From Synechococcus elongatus PCC 6301 (lineage in GTDB: Bacteria; Cyanobacteriota; Cyanobacteriia; Synechococcales; Synechococcaceae): 32,000 bases of DNA. This document shows, one piece after another, positions 6,543-14,519 of the stretch (position 1 is its first letter; each line of letters opens with the position of its first letter). The notes under the pieces are model-generated. The model was not told the origin of the DNA. It did no database searches and worked only from the letters and a program-made list of their open reading frames with translations. The DNA lies in assembly GCF_000010065.1 (NCBI RefSeq), contig NC_006576.1:900001-932000 (forward strand), given 5' to 3'. Made by a program: the position numbers and the translations under genes.

Positions 6543-7192
6543 GCGCCGGGCCCCGTTGGGCTGCAGAGGAAGAATGGCTGCTGGAGGACTTAGTGGGGAC
6601 CGATGTTTTTGCGGTTGTCTATCAGCGCTATCGAGCGATCGCCAAGCAGAATGGCTGGCCAGAACGGAGCAAAGCTGCACTTTACTATCGATCGAGACTA
6701 CTTGGCCTGCGTGCTGTCGCCACAGACGACAACCTCAACAGATACGAAGTTGCCCGCCAGCTGGGCATCCAACCTCACCGCGTGCGCACTTGGGTAGACC
6801 GCTACCCATGCCTTAAAAGCCGCAAGGTCGGTCGCTGTTATCGCCTTTCCTTAGCGGACCTGCGCAACTTCGCTCTAAAGCGGCCGTATCTGTTTTGGGG
6901 CGTCGATGAAATCGGGCTAGCCAATCTGATTGGCGAGACCTACGCCCCGCATGTCCTGCGGAAGAACCACCGCAAAGACACTCGGCGAGCGGTGATTTGC
7001 GTCGAAACCGGAGCAGTCTACCCGTCGCTGCATCAAGCCGCTCGGGCCTTCATGCGCAGCGACTACGAGCGAAGCCGCAAGGGTAGATCCCACGTCCTCG
7101 CGGCGAACATTCGCTCTGCTGCTCTTAACCCCAGCCTCACTGCCTACGGATGCCACTGGCGCTTTGTTGAAGAACTTCGAGCCAGCGCTTGA
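6539..7192 (+). CDS. Multi-domain DNA-binding protein (Myb/SANT-like N-terminus, excisionase/MerR-like HTH, C-terminal NUMOD-like motif)
   Basis: ATGA overlap with the previous gene. YEVARQLGIQPHRVRTWVDRYPCLKSRKVGRCYRLSLADLRNF resembles an HTH_17/Xis-type domain. VICVETGAVYPSLHQAARAF...AYGCHWRFV resembles nuclease-associated NUMOD repeats. No nuclease domain was seen. Confidence 0.6.
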   Translation: MSAGPRWAAEEEWLLEDLVGTDVFAVVYQRYRAIAKQNGWPERSKAALYYRSRLLGLRAVATDDNLNRYEVARQLGIQPHRVRTWVDRYPCLKSRKVGRCYRLSLADLRNFALKRPYLFWGVDEIGLANLIGETYAPHVLRKNHRKDTRRAVICVETGAVYPSLHQAARAFMRSDYERSRKGRSHVLAANIRSAALNPSLTAYGCHWRFVEELRASA

Positions 7193-7218
7193 AAACACCT
7201 CAAACCTAGGTAAAACCT

Positions 7219-7743
7219 GTGATCCTCGTCGACCACGAAATCAGAGCGCTCTGCGAAGCCGGCATGGTCAGCCCGTTTGACCCAGACCTGATCAACCCGG
7301 CCAGTCTCGACGTGCGCCTCGGCCCCAACATCATGATCGAGACGCCGAACAGTCCAAGCTTGCAGAAGCGATCGATCGCAGACTACTGCGAAGAAAGCCC
7401 CTACCTCATTGACCCATCCGAGTGGTTCTTGGGTGAAACCCTGGAGCTGTTCAACATTCCGCGATCGCTTGCTGCCAAGTTCGTTCTTAAGAGCAGCCGA
7501 GCCCGAGAAGGGATCAACCATCTCTATGCAGGCTTTGCGGACCCACGCTTCCACAACTCCGTACTGACCTTAGAAATCGTCAACGTCCGGCGGTTTCATC
7601 CCGTTCCCATCTGGCCAGGGATGCTGATCGGGCAACTGATTTTCTGGCGCTTGAGCGACGAGCCAGAGCGGGATTACTCCGTGACCGGTCGCTACAACGA
7701 CTGCCTGACTGTGACCGCTAGCAAAGACGCGGGGAAGTCCTGA
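7219..7743 (+). CDS. dcd: dCTP deaminase family protein (Dcd / dUTPase-fold)
   Basis: GTG start. MILVDHEIRAL...INPASLDVRLG and AGFADPRFHNSVLTLEIVN match conserved Dcd motifs. At 174 aa it is the short single-domain form. Confidence 0.85.
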   Translation: MILVDHEIRALCEAGMVSPFDPDLINPASLDVRLGPNIMIETPNSPSLQKRSIADYCEESPYLIDPSEWFLGETLELFNIPRSLAAKFVLKSSRAREGINHLYAGFADPRFHNSVLTLEIVNVRRFHPVPIWPGMLIGQLIFWRLSDEPERDYSVTGRYNDCLTVTASKDAGKS

Positions 7744-7964
7744 TGGCTCGCTACTGGCTGCAACTCTTCGACCCGTCAGGCCAAGCGCTTGAGCCGACAA
7801 CCGAGTGGGTCTGTGACGACATCAACGCGCCCGAAGTTGCTCACAAATGCTGTGACTTGCTGCGACATGCGCAGGTCGAAACCATCGAAATCTATGACGC
7901 ACCACCGACGCCTGGCGCCCTTCCTGTGCAGGTTCACCGGAGGAACCCATGCAAGAAAACCTGA
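7743..7964 (+). CDS. Hypothetical protein
   Basis: 73 aa. There is a TGATG overlap with the dcd stop. Confidence 0.5.
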   Translation: MARYWLQLFDPSGQALEPTTEWVCDDINAPEVAHKCCDLLRHAQVETIEIYDAPPTPGALPVQVHRRNPCKKT

Positions 7965-8149
7965 CCCTCAAAGACTGTCAGCTCATCTGCTTTCACCTGC
8001 GAATGATGAAGTGGCAAATCTTCAGAGAGGGATTCCTCGACTCGTTTTCTGAGTGCAAACAGGTCGAGATCCTAGACGCCTACTACTCCGCCAAACGAGC
8101 CCTACGAAAAATCGCTGAACTCTATGGCTATGACCTATCTATCGACTAA
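7949..8149 (+). CDS. Hypothetical protein
   Basis: 66 aa. It overlaps the previous ORF by 16 nt and sits in the same operon. Confidence 0.45.
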   Translation: MQENLTLKDCQLICFHLRMMKWQIFREGFLDSFSECKQVEILDAYYSAKRALRKIAELYGYDLSID

Positions 8150-8348
8150 AGCGATGGCCGCGTTGCTGGGCTGCAACCCTGAGACCCTGCGCCGCAACTA
8201 CCGCTCAGGCCTTTACAAGCTCGGCACCCACTGCGTCGTCATTAACCCCAAGGCACCGCCAAAGCAGCAGCGTTTGCGCTGGAATTCTGAGCAAGTGCTT
8301 CGCACCAATGCGGGCCTTCGGGCTTACCGCAGCAAGTCCTCGGCGTAG
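8124..8348 (+). CDS. Excisionase/AlpA-like HTH DNA-binding protein (candidate Xis)
   Basis: LSTKAMAALLGCNPETLRRNYRSGLYKLGTHCVVIN resembles an HTH_17-type domain. It lies next to the integrase. Alternative starts are at 8130 and 8154. Its 3' end overlaps the integrase 3' end by 25 nt. Confidence 0.55.
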   Translation: MAMTYLSTKAMAALLGCNPETLRRNYRSGLYKLGTHCVVINPKAPPKQQRLRWNSEQVLRTNAGLRAYRSKSSA

Positions 8349-9424
8349 CTCTGGACTTCGCGATCGCCTAGCCAGCGATGGTAGGTCTCGGTGTGGACTT
8401 GAGGGCTGTGTCCCATCATCTTGGCAGCCACCGTCACCGGGAACTCGTACTCAATTAGCCGAACGGCATAGCTATGCCGCAATCCATATAAAGGTGGCAC
8501 ACCGTTGGCTTTGGCCCACTGCCCAGCTCGAGTGCCCAACTCTTGATTGTTGCGGACGTTGATCGGCGGCGGCCCACCGTGGCACAGGTCAAAGCGCTGA
8601 ACCCACTGCGGTGGGCAGGGATAAACCCAGCGCGGCCCTGTCTTACCATCCTTGAGCCAAACCCGTTTTCCCTTAGATTTTCGCAACGAGTCTAGGTCCA
8701 GGTACCAAGCTTCGTGCGGGCGAAGGCCGTAGGTCGCGATCGCTGCATAGACCCAGATCCAGCCAGCTCGAAACTCAGGCTGATGGTGCAGCTGCATATT
8801 CTTAAGGTGGTCAAACCAGTCGACAATCTGCTGCTGTGTTGGTAGTTCGCGAGGGACGACTTCGCGCCGAGTCGCAACCCCCTGCCACGGCCGCGCATCT
8901 AACGGCTGGTTGGCGACTGCGCACAGAAATCGGCAGGCGACGATCGCCTTCTGCAGTGCATTCGGGAAGCCGCGCTTACTACTTAAGTAGCGGTGGATCA
9001 GCTCTAGGCTAAATGGCTTGTCTAGCCCAATCTGGCGGTAGTGCGCAACGTAGACCCGCTGCCAGGTGCTCAACGTCTTGGCCGTGCGATCGCGCTCTGA
9101 GAAGTAGCGCTCCTCAGCCAGATGCACCAGCCCACTCATCACGCTGGCGTCGATCGGAAGCTCCACATGGTCTTGCCAGCGGAACCGATCCATCTGCAGC
9201 TCTAGCCCAACTTGGTGAGCCTTAGCTTCAGCCTGCTTCACCCCCAAGGGCGTGGCATCTAAACCCAAGGGCATGCGCTGCTGCTTCCACTCACCACCAG
9301 GAAGCTTCGGCGGCAAGTTGCCACGCAGGTACAGAGAGGCCTTCCGTCGCTCGATGGTCAGCCGCACACCTGCACTTTTGAGCCGCTGTGTAGCCTCTTT
9401 GCAAAGCCGATCGATCGCTTCCAA
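8324..9424 (-). CDS. int: Tyrosine recombinase / phage integrase
   Basis: 366 aa. The catalytic-domain motifs are YGLRPHEAW, GLRHSYAVRL and MMGHSPQVHTETYHRW (R...HxxR...H...Y). The start is TTG at 9424, with no in-frame ATG or GTG upstream before a stop. Confidence 0.9.
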   Translation of the reverse strand: MEAIDRLCKEATQRLKSAGVRLTIERRKASLYLRGNLPPKLPGGEWKQQRMPLGLDATPLGVKQAEAKAHQVGLELQMDRFRWQDHVELPIDASVMSGLVHLAEERYFSERDRTAKTLSTWQRVYVAHYRQIGLDKPFSLELIHRYLSSKRGFPNALQKAIVACRFLCAVANQPLDARPWQGVATRREVVPRELPTQQQIVDWFDHLKNMQLHHQPEFRAGWIWVYAAIATYGLRPHEAWYLDLDSLRKSKGKRVWLKDGKTGPRWVYPCPPQWVQRFDLCHGGPPPINVRNNQELGTRAGQWAKANGVPPLYGLRHSYAVRLIEYEFPVTVAAKMMGHSPQVHTETYHRWLGDREVQSYAEDLLR

Positions 9425-9516
9425 AAGGTGGCCTAACCAGTGGACTACTCGGTGGACTAAATCAGGGTAGTACGCAGTCGCTCAAAGTTGCACGGAGTCG
9501 TACGGCACTGCAAAAC

Positions 9517-9550
9517 AAAACCCCCTCGGAGACTGGCTTCAAGGGGGTTT
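9517..9550 (-). terminator. Hairpin plus U-tract downstream of tRNA-Leu(CAA)
   Basis: CCCCCT (9521-9526) pairs with AGGGGG (9542-9547). On the minus strand the stem is followed by TTTTGTTTTG. The loop is rather large at about 15 nt. Confidence 0.45.
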
Positions 9551-9560
9551 GATTGAGTGA

Positions 9561-9644
9561 TGGGCAAGGTGGGACTCGAACCCACACACTATCGCTAGCG
9601 GCAGATTTTGAGTCTGCTGCGTCTACCAATTCCGCCACTTGCCC
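9561..9644 (-). tRNA. tRNA-Leu (anticodon CAA)
   Basis: Manual cloverleaf: acceptor GGGCAAG/CTTGCCC, D-arm GCGGAATTGGTAGACGC, anticodon stem GCAGA/TCTGC with loop CT-CAA-AA, a long variable arm, T-arm GTGGG-TTCGAGT-CCCAC, and discriminator A. CCA is not encoded. Confidence 0.95.
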
Positions 9645-9690
9645 GTGGCACTTTCGTTACAGTACCAGATACAAGCGTTGTTGCCAAGGG

Positions 9691-11007
9691 CTATTCTGCC
9701 GTAAAGCGCTTGATATCAGCGCCTAACTTGCGAAGTTTTTCCTCAATGTTTTCGTAGCCGCGATCGAGGTGCTGCAGGCCGCTGATTTGGGTTTTGCCCT
9801 CCGCTGCTAAGGCCGCCAAGATCAGAGCCGCAGAAGCCCGCAGATCGGTAGCCAGCACCGGTGCCCCCGAGAGCTGCGGTACGCCCCGGACGATCGCCGT
9901 ATTGCCTTGCAAACGGATGTCTGCACCCATGCGCTGCAGTTCAGCCACGTGCTGCATTCGGTTCTCAAACACCGTCTCGGTGATCACGCTATCCCCTTCA
10001 CAAATGCTCATCAACGCCATAAATTGCGCCTGCATATCTGTGGGGAAGCCCGGATAGGGAAGTGTCCGTAGGTCAACCCCTCGCAAGCTGCCCTGGGGTT
10101 GGGTCTGGAGCTCGTTGCTGCTGGTCTGGACGATCGGACAGCCCATTTCCTCAAGCTTGGCGATTGTAGCCGAGAGGTGATCGGGAATTACCGGCGCGAC
10201 ATTAATTACCGAGTTAGTGATTGCCCCAGCGATCAGAAAAGTGCCTGCCTCAATGCGATCGGGGATGATCGCGTAGTCCGCCGTGTGCAGTCGCTCCACC
10301 CCTTGGATGGAGATGGTGTTGGTACCAGCTCCGCGAATACGAGCCCCCATCGCGCGACAGAAGTTGGCCAAATCCACAACTTCTGGTTCTTGCGCAGCAT
10401 TCTCGAGGATGGTTTCCCCTTCCGCCAGCACAGCTGCCATCATCAGGGTTTCAGTTGCGCCGACACTGGGGCAGTCGAGATAGATCCGCGCGCCTTGCAG
10501 GCGACGGCGTGAGCCGGGAATTGCAGCACTGACAATGCCATGCTCAATTTGGACGTGGGCACCCAACGCACGGAGGCCACGCACATGCAGATCCACCGGA
10601 CGCGCCCCAATGTTGCAGCCACCGGGCAGTGGCATGCGAGCTACCCCTACCCGTGCCAAGAGCGGACCGATCGCAAAAAAGCTGGCGCGCAGCTGATTAA
10701 CGAGCTCGTAGGGAGCAGCCGGACTGCTGAGATCCCGCAGATCGAGATCAATACAGTCGCCCTGTTGCTGGGTTTTGACGCCCAATGCCTCCAGAATCTC
10801 CAGCATGCGGCCCACGTCAGCCAGCTGCGGAACATTGCGAATCCGGCATTGGTCAGGACAAAGCAGCGCTCCAGCCATGACAACGAGAGCAGAATTTTTG
10901 GCCCCACTGACGTGAACGGTGCCCGAAAGGGGACGGTTGCCAACAATTTCGAGGAAGGAAGCAGGCGCAGTGGCAGCCTCAGAAGCCGATAAAGACAGGG
11001 CGGAAAT
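9691..11007 (-). CDS. murA: UDP-N-acetylglucosamine 1-carboxyvinyltransferase
   Basis: The track ORF (9691..10878) starts inside the conserved N-terminus. The same frame stays open upstream and encodes ...[32 protein letters not shown], the canonical MurA N-terminus. The start is proposed at ATT 11007-11005, 8 nt downstream of GAGGAGG; CTG at 10998 is an alternative. The 5' end is therefore uncertain. Confidence 0.9.
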   Translation of the reverse strand: MSALSLSASEAATAPASFLEIVGNRPLSGTVHVSGAKNSALVVMAGALLCPDQCRIRNVPQLADVGRMLEILEALGVKTQQQGDCIDLDLRDLSSPAAPYELVNQLRASFFAIGPLLARVGVARMPLPGGCNIGARPVDLHVRGLRALGAHVQIEHGIVSAAIPGSRRRLQGARIYLDCPSVGATETLMMAAVLAEGETILENAAQEPEVVDLANFCRAMGARIRGAGTNTISIQGVERLHTADYAIIPDRIEAGTFLIAGAITNSVINVAPVIPDHLSATIAKLEEMGCPIVQTSSNELQTQPQGSLRGVDLRTLPYPGFPTDMQAQFMALMSICEGDSVITETVFENRMQHVAELQRMGADIRLQGNTAIVRGVPQLSGAPVLATDLRASAALILAALAAEGKTQISGLQHLDRGYENIEEKLRKLGADIKRFTAE

Positions 11008-11122
11008 GGCTCGTTCCTCCTCAAGTGGGGCGCAGGGGTCAAAAAAGTGACCTAATACTACAGGAAACTTGCAGCCTGTCTAGGCAGTAGTAGACAACTC
11101 AGTTGCTGACCTCAGAGACTGC

Positions 11123-11150
11123 TTGACAAAATTTTCTATCGGACTAAAGT
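11123..11150 (+). promoter_or_regulatory. Candidate promoter of tRNA-Leu(CAG) (TTGACA-N16-TAAAGT)
   Basis: A consensus -35 TTGACA lies at 11123-11128 and TAAAGT at 11145-11150, about 28 nt upstream of the tRNA 5' end. Confidence 0.4.
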
Positions 11151-11177
11151 AATTAATTGTGCGGTTCGCACTTGCCA

Positions 11178-11261
11178 GCGGAACTGGCGGAATTGGTAGA
11201 CGCGCTAGATTCAGGTTCTAGTGGTTTCACGACTGTCCGGGTTCAAGTCCCGGGTTCCGCA
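11178..11261 (+). tRNA. tRNA-Leu (anticodon CAG)
   Basis: Manual cloverleaf: acceptor GCGGAAC/GTTCCGC, D-arm GCGGAATTGGTAGACGC, anticodon stem CTAGA/TCTAG with loop TT-CAG-GT, a long variable arm, T-arm CCGGG-TTCAAGT-CCCGG, and discriminator A. Confidence 0.95.
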
Positions 11262-11270
11262 TTCTTTCTT

Positions 11271-11306
11271 ACCCCTGTCATCAATGGTCATAGGGGTTCG
11301 TTTTTT
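11271..11306 (+). terminator. Intrinsic terminator after tRNA-Leu(CAG)
   Basis: ACCCCTGT pairs with ATAGGGGT, followed by TCGTTTTTTG. Confidence 0.55.
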
Positions 11307-11419
11307 GTTATCTGTGACTATTGCCCACGCAGTAGGAATCTGGCTGTCCATGGCAGTGGGCGGAATCTCATCCGCCACACTAGGACTGGATTGATTCGCC
11401 ATTCAAGGGAGGTTGTGGG

Positions 11420-13126
11420 ATGTTTTGGCTAGCGCAACTGCCTCCCTTGCAAGTCGTCTATCCGGCCGACCAACAGAAAACTCAGGCCGATCGCATTTTC
11501 CTGATCGGTACGGCAGATCCTCGCCAGACCGTGACCATCAATGGCCAACTGATCCAACGCAGTCCTGCAGGCCACTTCGCCCCGAGCTTTCCCCTCCAAC
11601 TAGGCCCCAATCAATTCGAACTGCGATCGGGCGATCAGCGTTTGACCCTCACCGTTATCCGACAGGCAGCCCAGCCCGCATTAGCGCCAGGGACCTTGTT
11701 AGCTGATCTGCAACCTCAGCAGACGATCGCGGTCAGTCCGGGTCAGCCCGTCTGTTTCTCAGCGATCGCCGTCCCGCAAGCTCAGATCCAAGTCCAGATC
11801 GGATCGCTACAACTGCCGTTGCAGGGGCAAGCGATCGCGCCACTGCCGAGTAATTCGGCTGTCTTGATTGGTCAAAATCAGCCCGATCGCCCTGCTCCGA
11901 TTCAACGCTATGAAGGCTGCACCACTGCTTTAGCCGCAGGATTTCAAGGGCAGCCGCAGTTTCAGATTCAGGCTGGCGATCGCCGCCTCACACAAGCCGC
12001 TCCAGGTTCCGTGACAGTGTGGCCCGCCCAGCCTTACCGAGTGGCCACGGTGACAGCTCCAGAAGCGATCGCCCGAACGGGGCCGAGTACCGATCATTCA
12101 CGCCTGACACCCTTACCCCAGGGCACTCAAGCGCAAGTCTTGGGGCAGACTGGCGAGTGGTTGCAGCTGGCCTATGGCGGCTGGATGCGTACCTCAGAAG
12201 CGCGACTGACGACGAGTGCCGCTCTGCCGCGATCGCAGGTTCGCAGTGCCAGCTTTCAAAGCCGCGATCGCTGGCTGGAATTTCGGGTACCTTTGAATCG
12301 ACCAGCCCCGCTGCGGCTGGAACAACAGGGCGATCGCCTGACCCTGCAGCTCTACGAAACCACAGCGCAAACCGACACGATTCGCCTCAGCACCGATCCT
12401 TGGCTGCGTAGCTTCCGCTGGGAGCAAGCTCGCCCCGGCGAAGTCACCTATCACCTTCAGCTCGCGAGCCAACAACAGTGGGGCTATCGACTGCGCTACG
12501 ACGGCAACATACTCGTACTGTCTATTCGCAAGCCGCCGACCATCAGCCAATCACGATTGCAGCAACCCTTGCGAGGCCTGAGGATCTATCTGGATCCAGG
12601 TCACGGCAGTGCGGAAGATTTGGGGGCCCGAGGGCCGGATGGCACGCCCGAAAAAGATGTGACCCTGACCGTCTCGAACTTGCTGCGCGATCGCCTCCAG
12701 CAGCTTGGAGCCGCAGTTTTAATGAGTCGTAAAGGTGATGAGGACATTTGGCCACAGGAACGCGCAGCACAGATTCAGGCTTTAGAGCCGGATATTGCCC
12801 TGAGTTTGCATTACAACGCACTCCCAGATGCGGGTGACGCCGAAGGCACGCAGGGAATCGGTGCTTTTTGGTATCAAGACCAGTCGCAGGACTTGGCGCG
12901 ATCGCTCCATGACAGTCTGGTGAGCCGCTTACAGCGACCCTCCTACGGCATTTTCTGGAATAACTTGGCACTGACCCGACCCACAGTTGCGCCCTCGGTA
13001 CTGTTGGAGTTGGGCTTCATGATTAACCCGCGGGAATTTGAATGGATCGTTGATCTCGACGCCCAAAGCCAATTGGTTGAGGCGATCGCCCAAGGGTTGG
13101 TCGATTGGTTCCATTCACAGCCGTAA
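11420..13126 (+). CDS. N-acetylmuramoyl-L-alanine amidase (Amidase_3 C-terminal domain, SH3-like middle domain)
   Basis: 568 aa. The C-terminus IYLDPGHGS...[12 protein letters not shown]...ALSLHYNA...GIGAFWY...[11 protein letters not shown] is typical of an AmiA/B/C-type zinc amidase. GGGAGG lies 8 nt upstream of the ATG. Confidence 0.85.
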   Translation: MFWLAQLPPLQVVYPADQQKTQADRIFLIGTADPRQTVTINGQLIQRSPAGHFAPSFPLQLGPNQFELRSGDQRLTLTVIRQAAQPALAPGTLLADLQPQQTIAVSPGQPVCFSAIAVPQAQIQVQIGSLQLPLQGQAIAPLPSNSAVLIGQNQPDRPAPIQRYEGCTTALAAGFQGQPQFQIQAGDRRLTQAAPGSVTVWPAQPYRVATVTAPEAIARTGPSTDHSRLTPLPQGTQAQVLGQTGEWLQLAYGGWMRTSEARLTTSAALPRSQVRSASFQSRDRWLEFRVPLNRPAPLRLEQQGDRLTLQLYETTAQTDTIRLSTDPWLRSFRWEQARPGEVTYHLQLASQQQWGYRLRYDGNILVLSIRKPPTISQSRLQQPLRGLRIYLDPGHGSAEDLGARGPDGTPEKDVTLTVSNLLRDRLQQLGAAVLMSRKGDEDIWPQERAAQIQALEPDIALSLHYNALPDAGDAEGTQGIGAFWYQDQSQDLARSLHDSLVSRLQRPSYGIFWNNLALTRPTVAPSVLLELGFMINPREFEWIVDLDAQSQLVEAIAQGLVDWFHSQP

Positions 13127-13196
13127 TCGCTGGAATACACGTCCGGTTCCGCTTCCGTGGCACTTTAAAGAAGTGATCCGAACTGCTCGCGGTGCC

Positions 13197-14420
13197 ATGC
13201 AGACCCTCTCCACCCCCAGCACAACTGCCACTGAGTTTGATACCGTCATCCACCGGCGCCCTACGCGATCGGTTCGGGTCGGTGATATCTGGATTGGCAG
13301 CCGCCATCCCGTCGTTGTCCAGTCGATGATCAACGAGGACACCCTCGACATCGATGGGTCTGTTGCCGCGATCCGCCGCCTGCATGAGATTGGCTGCGAG
13401 ATCGTCCGCGTCACGGTGCCCAGTCTTGGCCATGCCAAAGCGGTCGGTGACATTAAAAAGAAACTGCAAGACACCTATCGCGACGTGCCCTTGGTTGCCG
13501 ACGTCCACCACAACGGTATGAAGATCGCGCTGGAAGTCGCCAAGCACGTTGACAAAGTCCGGATCAATCCTGGTCTCTACGTCTTTGAGAAGCCCGATCC
13601 GAATCGTCAGGGCTACACACCAGAAGAATTTGAGCGAATTGGCAAGCAAATTCGCGACACGCTTGAGCCCTTAGTCACCAGCCTGCGCGAGCAGGACAAG
13701 GCCATGCGGATTGGCGTCAACCACGGCTCTCTAGCCGAGCGGATGCTGTTCACCTACGGCGACACGCCGGAAGGCATGGTGGAATCGGCGTTGGAATTCC
13801 TGCGACTCTGCGAAGAGATGGACTTCCGTAATCTCGTCATCTCCATGAAAGCGAGCCGAGCGCCGGTGATGATGGCGGCCTATCGCCTGATGGCCAAACG
13901 GATGGATGATCTGGGCATGGATTATCCGCTCCACTTGGGTGTGACCGAAGCCGGTGATGGTGACTATGGCCGGATCAAATCGACGGTTGGGATTGGCACG
14001 CTGCTAGCGGAAGGGATTGGCGATACGATTCGCGTTTCGCTCACGGAAGCCCCCGAAAACGAAATTCCGGTTTGCTATTCGATTTTGCAAGCCCTCGGCC
14101 TCCGCAAAACCATGGTTGAGTATGTCGCCTGTCCAAGTTGCGGACGGACACTCTTCAATCTGGAAGAGGTCCTTCACAAAGTGCGGGCTGCAACCAATCA
14201 TTTGGTTGGCTTGGATATTGCTGTCATGGGTTGCATCGTCAATGGCCCTGGCGAAATGGCTGATGCTGACTACGGCTACGTTGGCAAAACCCCAGGAACG
14301 ATCGCCCTTTACCGAGGACGAGATGAAATCAAACGAGTTCCCGAAGAGCAAGGTGTAGAAGAACTGATCAACCTGATCAAAGCAGATGGACGCTGGGTTG
14401 AACCGGAACCGATTGCCTAA
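13197..14420 (+). CDS. ispG: 4-hydroxy-3-methylbut-2-en-1-yl diphosphate synthase (MEP pathway)
   Basis: Strong IspG/GcpE similarity (RVTVPS..., INPGN-like [30 protein letters not shown]). The start is chosen at ATG 13197 (MQTLSTP...). The track start at 13038 would overlap the amidase gene. Confidence 0.95.
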   Translation: MQTLSTPSTTATEFDTVIHRRPTRSVRVGDIWIGSRHPVVVQSMINEDTLDIDGSVAAIRRLHEIGCEIVRVTVPSLGHAKAVGDIKKKLQDTYRDVPLVADVHHNGMKIALEVAKHVDKVRINPGLYVFEKPDPNRQGYTPEEFERIGKQIRDTLEPLVTSLREQDKAMRIGVNHGSLAERMLFTYGDTPEGMVESALEFLRLCEEMDFRNLVISMKASRAPVMMAAYRLMAKRMDDLGMDYPLHLGVTEAGDGDYGRIKSTVGIGTLLAEGIGDTIRVSLTEAPENEIPVCYSILQALGLRKTMVEYVACPSCGRTLFNLEEVLHKVRAATNHLVGLDIAVMGCIVNGPGEMADADYGYVGKTPGTIALYRGRDEIKRVPEEQGVEELINLIKADGRWVEPEPIA

Positions 14421-14519
14421 GTAAAAAGCCAGAAATTTTGACGTCTATCGGGACTGTGTCGCTCAAGAAAGCCTGTGCTAGATTGAGCCTACTCCTTTCC
14501 TGATAGGCGGTTTTCGCCA

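Larger units (their letters stand above)
1..9560. mobile_element. Right arm of an integrated prophage-like or phage-satellite-like element; integrase-proximal end abuts tRNA-Leu(CAA), and the other end lies beyond the left window edge
   Basis: Tyrosine integrase (8324..9424) sits next to the 3' end of a tRNA gene. An excisionase-like HTH, RecT-like protein, dCTP deaminase, helicase, VRR-NUC and primase are also present, along with many small orphan ORFs with overlapping stop/start codons. The primase ORF runs off position 1, so the element is incomplete here. Confidence 0.75.

Noticed and set aside
10647-11042. 131-aa minus-strand ORF covering the murA 5' region
   Set aside because: It is in a different frame from murA. 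The murA frame encodes the conserved MurA N-terminus across the same nucleotides, so this ORF is spurious.
13038-13196. 5' extension of the ispG ORF (track start at 13038)
   Set aside because: It would overlap the amidase 3' end by about 90 nt and add a non-conserved leader. ATG 13197 gives the normal IspG length of about 407 aa.
13023-13649. 208-aa minus-strand ORF, plus the 119-aa ORF at 13115..13474
   Set aside because: Both are antisense to the unmistakable ispG coding sequence. Long antisense open frames are common in this GC- and HIP1-rich sequence, and no motif was recognised.
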